A DNA stretch of 64,000 nucleotides from Macrostomum lignano (lineage: Eukaryota), in contig NIVC01001023.1 of NCBI GenBank assembly GCA_002269645.1, positions 186,001-250,000 of the forward strand, given 5' to 3'. The translations under genes and the position numbers were made by a program. Below the pieces are notes generated by a model that made no database searches, was not told the origin of the DNA, and was given only the letters and a program-made list of their open reading frames with translations. Positions within the stretch are counted from its first letter, which is position 1, and the number at the start of each line of letters is the position of its first letter. Shown in pieces: positions 48,612 through 59,534 of this stretch.

Positions 48612-48879
48612 AGTACTAATTTGGTATTTTTTCGGGTGGGCATTTTTGCAACTTCCTTGATTGGCTGCCAAATTGATCAGCCAGATTGGCCAACTCGGCC
48701 GACTGTTGCGCTTGTATGACATCCATCCTTTATATACTAATTTTTTAGGGAAGGGAACATGCATTTAAACAAAATTAGCAAATTATAACAATTTAATAAG
48801 AATTGTAGAAGTGTAGCTCATCTAACAAATAGTAGGAAAATAAACGTTAACAAAACATAAAAAGTAAACTTTGTTTAAT

Positions 48880-48922
48880 TCTGGCCAACGCGTTTCGTCA
48901 AACACAAGACGTCTTCAGGGCA
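48880..48922 (-). ncRNA. Minimal type-I hammerhead ribozyme motif of the Penelope-like element class
   Basis: Minus strand reads GCC-CTGAAGA-CGTC-ttgtgttt-GACG-AAACGCGTT-GGC: CUGANGA and GAAA cores, stem II, palindromic ACGCGT stem III and GCC/GGC stem I. Confidence 0.7.
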
Positions 48923-49199
48923 AATTCAATCAACCTTTAATACGACTCAAAACAAAAGAGATAAAATTTAAACAAATTAAAGGAGAATTATTTGATTGGT
49001 TGGGAAGAATGATTTTCAGTTGACTACTATTAGTAAAAATGATAGATTACTTAAACACTGCCTCAATTGGCTTTTCTACTTAAATTTTTGAAAAAAAACT
49101 AAAAACATGTGAATGAGAAAATTTTAAAGCAATATAGTATTATAACTAGTATAAAAAGATAAGTATAAGCATACAAGTGAGCATAGGTGAATGAAATAA

Positions 49200-49470
49200 A
49201 CAGAGATAAATATGAGTGGAACATATATACATTGAGCATGCGCATGAAAATATGAGCATTAAGCAGTATATGAGCAATATAATAACCAAAGCATGAGCAA
49301 TGAGCAATAAGATAAGCATAGGCATATATACGCGAGATATATCCAATATATGCAATGCTAGTAAACAAAATGAGCATGACTATATAAATATGATCATGTA
49401 AGCAATATAATAAGCAAGCATAGGCACATAAGCAATGAGCATAGGCAATAAGCAACATTGTCACTTAGTT
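49200..49470. repeat. Degenerate AT-rich ATAAGC/ATGAGC low-complexity repeat
   Basis: Recurrent ataagca, atgagca and ataggca motifs. Confidence 0.6.
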
Positions 49471-50729
49471 ATTTATGTTCATACTGAACTTGATAGATAG
49501 ACTATGCTGTACCGGCCAGCTAATGAATTTTGCTATCTAGCAAACCTTGCATGTCTCAATTGCATTTGCTGATGCACCCATCCTAATTGTATTATACACT
49601 GAATGGTATACATCACGGCTTGTTTGTACATGGCCTGCAGGTCTCGGGAGCGGGGTCAGTTTATCAGTTTGGGGCAGGAAGCCTCTGCCATTGAGCCTCA
49701 AGAGCACCACACGCATGTAGTATAACTTTAGCCAATCGATTAACTGCTTGTAATCTTTGTGCTGGCTGCCTGGAATCCCCACCAGGATATTCGAATAGTT
49801 GGCACCATATGCCATCAGATCCTGCGAGGCTGGTTGCTGGTTGGCGTGCACCGCCGGCGGGGTCTTGGGCGCTGCCAGTTGCCCCAATCTCAGTACTTGC
49901 TGGTTGAACACTGGCGGTATATTGGCTGACAATGGCAGTCTTGACCTGGCATGTGTTGGTGGCTCTTGCTGTTGGCTTTGCTGTGGCAGCTTAGACTAGA
50001 TAAACCTTTGCTTCTTTACCCGCATATATTGTGTGGGTGCTGACCTGGCCAGATAGTAGTTGATTAGAGATGCCTTGGGCACTACTGTCTTTTCGGCCTG
50101 CCACTTCAGCAGGGCTTGCCGTGCCTCAGGGTGGTGCAGCACAGGTGGCATCTTCTTAATAACTATTGATTTTAGTCTGGTGCTTCTCTGGGTATCTACC
50201 ACCTCACTTGATGAAGCTTGAACTGGTTTTTTCTGCCTCTTGCTAGGTGTACATCACCTCTTCTTTCTTTGGCTGGGCATATACTGCCTCTCCCCTCAGC
50301 TGCTAGACATGCACCGCCTCCTCTCGGCTAGGCATCTACTGCCTCCTACTTTGGCTGGGCATCTACCGCCTCTTCATCTTGGCATAGGTCAACTGTAAAG
50401 TGGGCTAATAACTCATTGAACGCATTGGCGTCAAATTCTTCCATTATTGTATGATTTCTTTAGCTAATTTCTGACTATAATTCTAGCTAGTCAGATTGGT
50501 TCTTCTGGCCCTCTGAAAGTGGTGGGTGACATCCTGGAGGATGGATACGGCCTCTTGATGGCTGAACTATTCCCTTGGGAACTTCAAATGTGGCCAAATT
50601 TGCAATCCCTAGGGATAGTACTGTCGGGTATTGTCTCGGTGGTATGCCACCTTCAATGTGTATTGTTCAATGTGAAAGCGTAGCTTCTCTACCTCTGCTC
50701 CACGAGTTTCCACAAGCATTCGGATGACA

Positions 50730-51285
50730 CTGTGATAGTCTCTTTGCAGATTTGATTGCTGGACGGGCTGCTTACTCAACTGCAGCGCTGATTGAATGCT
50801 CAATTGTGGCTCTGACTGTTGATATGGCGGCGTCGTAGTCTGTTGGATGCCATATACTTTACAGAAATGCTAGAACTCGTGCCCTGCAAACTGTTTTCCT
50901 TGATCAGGGTGAATCCATTGCTGGGATTCCAGTGATTGGAAATACTTGGTCTTGCAGGAAAGTTATTATTGTCTTGGCACACTGATTCTTCAAGGCAAAA
51001 GCAAAGGGGTATTTTGATGTGGTGTCAACATAGGTCAGGATGTACTTGTTGCCTTGGTCTGTCGGATCTCCAGTGGATCCCAAGATGTCGATAGCACATT
51101 GCCTATAGATTTTACAGACCTGAAACAATTGTACATGTGCCAGAATTCATTGCTGTCCTTTGCTCTGAGTGCAGGTTTGGCAAGTAGCGACATAGTCAGA
51201 CAGCCTTGGCCAGGGCAGGTTGCCAGAACCTTTTGTGCACTTTCGCGATGGTGAGGTCTCGGCCCATGTGTCTGCAGTTGGGCAA
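50730..51285 (-). mobile_element. Ty3/Gypsy-type (rve) integrase fragment, pseudogenised
   Basis: Across frameshifts: HMGRDLTIAKVHKRFWQPALAKAV / SDYVATCQTC (HHCC zinc finger), AIDILG...GNKYILTYVDTTSKYPFAFAL, and IHPDQGKQFAGHEF*HFCKVYGIQQTTTPPY (DDE core). Confidence 0.88.
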
Positions 51286-51287
51286 AC

Positions 51288-52651
51288 CTTGACAAATTTG
51301 CAGAAGTCTGTATGTGTGACCCCATTAAGAGTTGGTTTGAACTTTTCTATGTATGCCGCAAATAGTCTGCCAAAATCGCCATAGGAAATTTGAAGCAGAT
51401 GCTCCTTAGGGTCTGTGCCTTCTTTGACGCATTCTTCAATGACCTTCTGAAGCATCTGGTGACACGCTCACGTTTATCTTGGCGACCTGTATTCGGAGTC
51501 CATCTTGTGGCTTTCCACATAAAGAAAAGGGACATTTTTCTGTCATTAAAATTTTGAAATAATGTAACTTAATTAGGTTTGTTACTGATATAGAACAATT
51601 CGTTTGCATGAACAATGAATGGTTTTTTATTAGTTAGGTTGATTGATGACTGAGTACATGGTTAGAGATAAAGACAGTACACCTGAATAAAGTCAGTGGG
51701 AAGATAGTGGCAGGGTGCTAATTGGTTTTCTAGTCGTTCCTAATGGAAGTTTAGAACTTGATAAAAAAACTCTGGTCATTATTTCCACTCACCTTTAGTT
51801 CCTTTTTGGGATCCTCAAGCCATCTGATTCCATCCGCGACTGTACAGTTAACAATATCTTGTCGATTGGCATTGCCCTTGCCAAAACTGAGGCACATTCC
51901 AATGGCTAGGTATGTCATTGTGCCCACTTTCTCATTGTCCTCCGCTGCTTTCAGGCTGTCCTCCTTCATCTTGACAATGGCCAGGATCTGCTTGTCAGAA
52001 AGCACTCACTCATTGTTCCAATCCTGTGAAATGTATGATTAATTTATTTATTTTAACTCATTTTTGTTTGATCATTGTCAAAAGCACACAAATTTTACAC
52101 TAGTAATACAAGTTTACGCTATATCTACCAGTAAAAACTGTTTGCCAGATATATATTCTTAGGACAAATTGTAGCTCATATATTACCATAAGTAATAAAA
52201 GAATGAAGCTTTCATCATTAAATCAAGCATGTAATAAACTGTATTATCATGTACATGCTCATTTCGATTGCAGTGCATATAAATATATAGTTGATTTTTC
52301 TATAGTTTGTTCCTAACAGTTTAAAAATACTTTAGTGAAACCCTACAAGGACATCGCTAGCTCCAGTGTAGCATGTACTTCTTTAAAAAAGAATTATTTG
52401 GACTTTAAAGCGAGTGATATATGACATGTTAAATTTGCTTACCCTGTGGCGAGCCTCGTAAACTTTCTTTCTTTGAAGGTAATACTTCATCCATAAGGTA
52501 CAGCTCGCGCCGAAACTTCCAAGTCCAGCTGAAGCCCAGAAGCAGCAACGTCTTGCAACCTATAGGCTCGCAGAAACGTAGCCACCTTTTGCAGGATGCT
52601 AACTGTCTCTTTCAGTGGTCCGAATCTCTGAGCCGGCAAATATTCGTTGAT
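51288..52651 (-). pseudogene. Intron-containing tyrosine-recombinase-like pseudogene (exons 52651-52443, 52023-51793, 51539-about 51288)
   Basis: Canonical splice sites (AGG|gtaag, cacag|GAT, AAG|gtgagt, gacag|AAA); the middle exon is 231 bp, phase 0/0. Motifs GNANRQDIVNCTVAD (catalytic Arg), YVESHKM (Lys strand) and GVTHTDF(C/R)KFV (box II-like). Several in-frame stops. Confidence 0.6.
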
Positions 52652-53084
52652 CTAACAAAAAGTAGATAATAAAAATAACTATTTATATCAAAAACAAAAA
52701 ATGGACTGCTGAAAAACCACATAACCACGATAGCTGGCTAATTATGACAAAATATATGAACAGGTGACCGGGAAAGTGAATGCATTGCTGAATGAGTGAA
52801 TAGGTAACTGGGAAAGTGAATGCATTGCTGAATAAGTGAACTACAACTAAGTGAATCTGTGCAACAACAGCCTCCTGGGTCTCATTATACTTTCCCATCA
52901 GGAACTTAATCTCACCTTGGTGTCTTTGTTGAATGTACTGCATAAGTTGCGAGTTGCAAATGACGCACTTAGTGCTGAATGCACAGAAAAGCATTCGACC
53001 AGCCGATGCTGCTGCTGGTGTTGTTTCTTTAGTGTTTATCAAACTGAGGGTTTGGTTTGTCTTTGACTCTTTCATTAAATTCCA

Positions 53085-53330
53085 CCAACAGCTTGCGACC
53101 AGCATTGCGGGCTGCTGCATAGATCTGCGAGAAGCGTAATACCAAGGATGCGGCGGGCCTTTTCCATCTTTACACACTCCAGGGCCACGTGTGTGTTGGT
53201 CTCCAGTGCCATCATACATAGCCTGCAGGTATTGGTGTCGCACAGGCCCAGCTGGTGGGCATAAAATCTAAGGCCTTATTGTTGTTGTCAGTCCTAAAGA
53301 ATACGATTTGTTCACTCCCTATCTACATCC
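53085..53330 (-). mobile_element. Non-LTR retrotransposon C-terminal CCHC fragment (second, shorter)
   Basis: Minus frame AHQLGLCDTNTCRLCMMALETNTHVALECVKMEKARRILG has the C-x2-C...H-x4-C pattern typical of LINE ORF2 ends. Confidence 0.6.
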
Positions 53331-53379
53331 ACTGCTCTGTGCCAATTCCAGTAGCTCAAAGCTTCTTCTGATTTGTCTT

Positions 53380-53760
53380 GTAGGTCCTTAAGGTTGAACA
53401 ATCTAGCCGCTTCTCTTTTGGGCCAAGGCACTCTATCACGTGTTCAATAAGCTCTTCTTCCTCCTACAATTGTACATCTATTGTTCGTCCCTCTGCCAAT
53501 TCTCTTACAATAGCTTTGTAGCTCTAAGGAATGTCCTGTCCTCATCCTTCTGAAACTAACCACTTCAGCCCTGCTCTTAAAGTGGGGCTGGCTGGCCATT
53601 CTGAGTGTGTCGTAGGTCCTCTTGTAACTTGCGTGGAGTCTCTCTCTCTCGTGCCCTCTAAAGTCCTGCCTTTGCCATGCTCCACGTTCTACTGCTGGTA
53701 GTGCTGCTGCTTGGCACTCAGCAGCGATCAATCGCAAATTGTCCAAAGCCACTGGCGAGC
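53380..53760 (-). mobile_element. Non-LTR retrotransposon ORF2 3' fragment (post-RNase H and CCHC region)
   Basis: SRAEVVSFRRMRTGHSLELQSYCKRIGRGTNNRC, then after a frameshift GGEEELIEHVIEC: the RLRTGH...C..C..E..EH+L..C signature. Confidence 0.75.
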
Positions 53761-54348
53761 TGCTTTGAGCAAGCTGCCAGTTGATAGCTGTTGGCGAAAA
53801 ACAACTGCTTTGCTGTTAGCAGCCAGCTACAGTCGAACTGTTCTCCATAGGCAATTTGCTGCCACTAAGCAAATCCTCTTGGAAACTATATTCAGTATCA
53901 CCCATGTGTAGGGTAATAAGCGCGACTTGGAAATAGCTAGCTAGCTAGCTCATGAAACACTTATATCAGCCCATACAGCCCTGCTTTTATCAAAATTATA
54001 TGTATTATGGGCAAAGTACACTGGTTTGATGTTACCTTTGATGAAAAGTAATTCTGAGACTGAGGCCCCTATGTAAAGCTAGCTCCCATTGGCTGGAGTG
54101 AAAGGTTCAAACCGAGGAGAGAGGAAGATACAAAATTCCCACCCAACCCATACCCCGCCCAAATGACTCTGCTTAAAATCACTCCACAGGCCACAGCAAT
54201 AGTTCCAGCAATAGAAAAAAACGAGGCAGCTGTGCCACTTGAGAAATAATATGTACTTTACAGATTTTGCTATTAGGATTTTGTGCCACACAGTTTTAGT
54301 TTTTTTTAGAGATAACATTGATTAAAAGTACAAAAACACTGGAAACCT

Positions 54349-54600
54349 CCCACTGGGAAAAAGTTGGCAGCCCACTGGTGGCACTTGCTAGTAGCACTCC
54401 TCATGGGCCGCCAGGCGGCATGCGTCACGGGCTGGCAAGTGGGCTGACGGTGGCATGCACTAAAAATGCCCCTTGACTGCTGCTCACATGCCACTGAGAG
54501 GGCATGCATACCACTCACATGCCACTCTCTTGCCACTCTGATGCTGCTCATTTTGCTTGCCTGCCACCTGCAAGCCGCTATTGTTTTTAGCCTACTTACA
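54349..54600. mobile_element. CACTA/EnSpm(CMC)-like terminus with subterminal GCCAC/GTGGC repeats
   Basis: Abrupt GC-rich start CCCACTGGGAAAAAGTTGGCAGCCCACTGGTGGC, followed by many direct and inverted GCCAC/TGGCA motifs. No partner end was found. Confidence 0.4.
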
Positions 54601-55551
54601 TGTAATTACAACCATAGAAATTTGAGGTGAAGGTTTCTAAAACTCAACAAATTTTTATTGTGCAAATACCATACAATTACTCTTTTCCAGGATTTTGGCT
54701 AGCACTCATCAAATGTATTTATACGATGGAATGACTGACACCAGTTACCATTAGTTACCCCCAAGATTAAATTGACACTTTGGCATAAAAAAACATGAAC
54801 ACAATTAAAGATCATTTGTGAGGTTTTAATCTAAAAATGTTAGTTGTGAAATCAGGTTTTAATTTCAAGTCATAATCATAATTTGGTTAATTTTTTTTTA
54901 AATTTGATGGCTGGCAAATTTCTTAGCCTGTAGATACGAGTTACATATAAAGCAAAAGATAAATATGGTAAAGTAGAAGGTATTAGAAAGTAGTAGAAAG
55001 ATATGACTTGAGCAAAGTACTGAGAAGGATACTCATATTAAACATTAGGCATATGAAACACAATTCAACAAGAAAGGGGACTTCTGTTAAACCCACTTGT
55101 CAAATATTAGCAATAGCCTATAGCCTATATAGCCTATAAGATAGAGAGCTTTCAAAACTCTCAAATCATCTGTCAAACTATAACCCTCTTTATAGATATT
55201 AGACTACCATCTACTTTCTTAGCTCTAATCAAGTAATGCACATAATTGCCAAAAGGTCAATCTATTATTCACAAAAGTTAGCAAATAAAAATTTGTTGAT
55301 AATATGATAGAAGCTTTATGCCGTCTTCATGGATACATTGAAAGAATAAAAATTCCTTCCCGAAAGCAAACCCAGAAAGCACCAGATTAAAAAGCAATTC
55401 AGTTTACACTGGTGAAAATTTCAATATAAGATATTGTTATTGCACCCAAATGAAAATTAAACTGAAACAGTTCCAAATTTCGAGAGTTCTAAATACAGAC
55501 TGCTGGATTAACCTTTTTGCCATCTGATAGAGTTAACAAAAAAGCATGACT

Positions 55552-55971
55552 TCACAAATCTATTATTGCTAGCAATGCAGTCCTCTGATTTCGCGATCTG
55601 TGTAGCCGACCGCCGTCTTGATCCAATGCATTTTTGAAAGCAGCCTTGATACCACTTTGGATCAACTTTTCCTTTGCATCTGGAAGGGACTGCCAGGCTG
55701 CCAATTTTACAAGATCTTCTAAAGGACAAATACATTGTAGCTTCCCTACTATTCCATGCCTATTGAATCTGCACTGCATTTTGTTAGTGAGCAACATTTT
55801 GACAGCGCAAAGCCCAAAGGCTTGCACTGATGTGCCATCTCTGCATTTCATTTTCTGAAGCATCTGGTCTCGAAAGTTGTAGTTCTTTAGGTTTTCTATT
55901 AAATGTTCGATATCTTTCCTGCTTGAGCAAGGTTTAAAATCAAAGTCTTCTGATTCCAAACTAGTAGCCAT
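55552..55971 (-). pseudogene. DUF4806-like domain ORF (transposon-associated protein), probably the last exon of a decayed gene
   Basis: 139-aa ORF with LLTNKMQCRFNRHG...K and IKAAFKNALDQDGGRLHR, matching the DUF4806 pattern (L.TN.....YNW.G...K; IK.WL..A.DR.GGR). The upstream frame is interrupted by stops. Confidence 0.6.
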
Positions 55972-57724
55972 AGCAGCTTGGTGATCTAAAGATTTTGAAG
56001 CCCAATAATTTGCCTGAGAGCCAAAGAAGTGACATAGTAAATGGCCTCTTGAGAGCCAAGTTGATATCCCTTTTGCAACACAAGGGCATCAAACTTGGGT
56101 ATTACCAACAGTAGGCACTGCTGGCAACTTAGATATGGCCACATGATTAGCTGCTTGCTAGGCATTGACATGCAGCATTGGACTAGTTGGTGTGCTTTGT
56201 GTTTGGGCTGTCGCTATATTCCAATCATTGCCTGGCAACTGAATCCTGGAATTAATCCTGGGTTTGAGTTTGTTGATGCATTTGGCATTGCTAGCTTATT
56301 GGGTCTTCAACTATCCTTGCTTGGCTTTGAAGCATTTTGCCTGATGCGCTAATATTAGATAAGTTGCAGCTTAAAACAGAGCAGAAATTAAAGTCAGCAC
56401 TAAAGGTAACAGTTATAGGACAAATAAACAAGGTAAAGATAGATAATTAAACAAGAGCAAAGGAAAGGGAGAAAAGTAGGAAAGCTAAAGTTGGAAAGTT
56501 AGGAAAGTTAAGAAAGTTAAAGGCAGCAGTGTTTGAAGCAATCATATAAATATTTATATAAACTCAAATTTTCAACAGATAGGGCTGGGCTTGGACGGGC
56601 AATTGGACAAAGGGGTAGACAAAGGGTTGGGTGGTAGCAACTTGATGCAGAAACAAAGACAAAATTAGTAAAAAGTCAAAAGTGGGAAACAACAGTTCAT
56701 TGGTGGGAAAATAGAGAAAACAACACTGGGATGCAGATGGGTCAATGGTTGGGAAAATGACATGATGCACAATGGTTGAAAATCGCAAAAATTGCCAGGG
56801 GTTTAAGCGGATAATAATTTCATAGAAATGAACATTAAATTGTCTTAAAATATTATTAATAGAAAATTAATAAGCAATGGTAGCAATCTGACTGCCACAA
56901 GAAGCTGGGTGCTGAGGTCTTAGTTGAAGCAGTCTTTTTCCAGCCTTACTCTACAGAATTAAAGGCTTCATGTGTTAGAAATATGAGTCAATTGTATCAG
57001 ATTCTACAATTAGAAGTTTATTAAGTACCGCCACATTGTCGATCTGTATGTTCCCTTTTCCATGATACTAATATTTTTATTTTGCTTATCTAGCAGCAAT
57101 TCATATCTAATATATTACTTTCTCTTGGTTCAAGTAGTAGCCTGGTGAGATAATTCATTTGAAATCCTCGAAGCCGTAAGAAATTGGATGAAGATGTTTG
57201 GTCCCCTAATATAGGTAATTTTGTTCAACTCATGTGATTGCCTGCCATCTAAGATACATAGGTCATAGGGTAAAAGTGAATAAGTCACTAATCCACAGAG
57301 ATTAAGCCACTAAAATATTATTCTAGCCAATGAAAATAATTTTTATTTAATATATCAAACATATTTCAAAGTTTATAGCCCTAATGTCATTACTAAGGGC
57401 ATACAAGTTTTGAGATACATTAAAACTACAAGCGTCTAAAGCAAAATTTCTATAAAAAATTTTCAAAGTAGTTGCTTCCAGCTTGTACACATTTTCTCAT
57501 CTGGTGAAACAATTTTCCAGGCTCCAGCCCACTTTTCTAATCTAGCACTGCTAAAACTATCCATTTGAACTCAATTCTTGCTGTTATAGGGCTCTCAAAT
57601 GGAGTTGCTTCTTTATCATAGGAAGGAGAAAGAAGTCGTAGATGCTAGGTCAGAATGTATGCAGTATTAGCTGAACTCAATTCTCAGCCAGAAATTCCAA
57701 CGTTATAGCAGCCATGTCACGCAG

Positions 57725-59506
57725 CTGAAGAGAGAATTCGGTCGATACAATATGCCCTGAAAACTACTGATTTCCCATGAATCTGTGACCCAGCAGAAGT
57801 CCAAAAAAGCAATCCTTGAAATTCTATCGCATTGTCTGCACAGTGTACAGGTATGCAAATTAGTACAGTGACTTTAGTTGATATCGGTATGGAATGAAAC
57901 TAATCCATTCTGCCAGAGCCTCAGAAGTTCGCCTTCATGGCTGAGAATCGCCTCAGGCCAATCGCACGGAATCGAACCAACTATGCATGCATACATTTTT
58001 CGCAAGAGGCAGCTTCTCAGCCTCTCAATTGCACTCTTGGGCTTCATCAGTTGTTTATTATTAAAGTGCAGCCGAGCTCTGGCAGCCCATCTCAATTCTG
58101 TCCAGCTCTCGGCCGCAGCAATTCGCTGCATTTTGCATTCCTGCCACCTGCAGCCAGCAGCAACAGACAGGCTTTGAGCCGCACTGAATGGCCTGAGAGC
58201 CATCGAATTATGATATGCGAGCGTGGTAACAATTGCTTATTTATGACAAAACGCAGTCTTGAGCTGTAGGCAGCGGTTGGTTGGTTAGAGAGGCCAGCTT
58301 AACCTCAAGCAGTAAATATCTCTTCTCGCTCGCTATTCTCAGGCCAGCTCACCGCTCTGCCAGCCTCCCTGCAGTTTGGCAGACTCCGGGGGCAACCAGC
58401 AGTGCTGTGCTCGGTCTGTTTTGAGTAGTGAGCTGGATGGAGCTGCATTCTAGCTAGACTTGTTTATTATCTCAGGCAGGAGTTGCCGGGGGGGGGGGGT
58501 TGAGAGGCCAGTATGGGGTGATGGCGAACTCGAGCAGTTTTCTCTTTGCGGGGCTTTTATGACGCCAGACTGTCGCACTGCGAGTGCTGAGCTGGGTGGG
58601 GCCGTTCCAGATGAAGGTTGGAGATTCAATTAGCGATGAGGCTGCCGAGATGACCAGCGCAAAGCTGAGCTGTCTGAGGCTGCAGTGGCGGCTGCTCCCG
58701 AAAGAGTTGCAGCCCCAGCCTTGCACAATTGAGACTCTGCATTGTGCTTGAGCACCCTGCCTGCCCCTCTGCACCTTCGCTTTTGTGCTCAGAGATGACG
58801 GGCTGAGGCTGGGCTGCAGGCCAGCTGCACTTTTTTGATAGTTTAGCGCTTTCTCTAAGCATAAGAAAACAAGCGTTTATTGAGCGGAGTCTGCATGATC
58901 TGAGCTGGGATCTGATAGAGAACAAAGAAGCTGAGCAGGGATCTTATGGAGAGTAGAGAAGCTGAGCTATCGAGTTGACAAATCTCAGCAGTGAAATGCT
59001 AAAGTGCCGGTCACCAAATGCAAAATGCAATAAAAAAGCCAGGCAGCCGCAGTGCACGGATAAAACGTGTGAAATCCAAAATCAGCCTATATGTGAGTCC
59101 CGCACTGTCCTGGGCAGGCCGAGAGCTGTACAGAGTGGAGACGGGCTGCCAGAGCTCGGCTGCACTTTAATAATAAACAACTGATGAAGCCCAAGAGTGC
59201 AATTGAGAGGCTGAGAAGCTGCCTCTTGCGAAAAATTTATGCATGCATAGTTGGTTCGATTCCGTGCGATTGGCCTGAGGCGATTCTCAGCCATGAAGGC
59301 GAACTTCTGAGGCTCTGGCAGAATGGATTAGTTTCATTCTATACCGATATCAACTAAAATCACTGTACTAATTTGCATACCTGTACACTGTGCAGACAAT
59401 GCGATAGAATTTCTAGGATTGCTTTTTTGGACTTCTGCTGGGTCACAGATTCATGGGAAATCAGTAGTTTTCAGGGCATATTGTATCGACCGAATTCTCT
59501 CTTCAG
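57725..59506. mobile_element. 1.78-kb foldback / non-autonomous DNA element with about 390-bp terminal inverted repeats
   Basis: The left arm 57725-58114 (CTGAAGAGAGAATTCGGTCGATAC...) is the reverse complement of the right arm 59117-59506, with high identity. The interior has no convincing ORF. No TSD was found. Confidence 0.9.
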
Positions 59507-59534
59507 GGGAGGCGTGAAGATATATAATAAAAGA

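Noticed and set aside
52683-53243. 186-aa ORF as an intact gene
   Set aside because: It is a chimera of an alternative frame of a LINE fragment, a possible YR upstream exon and intron sequence.
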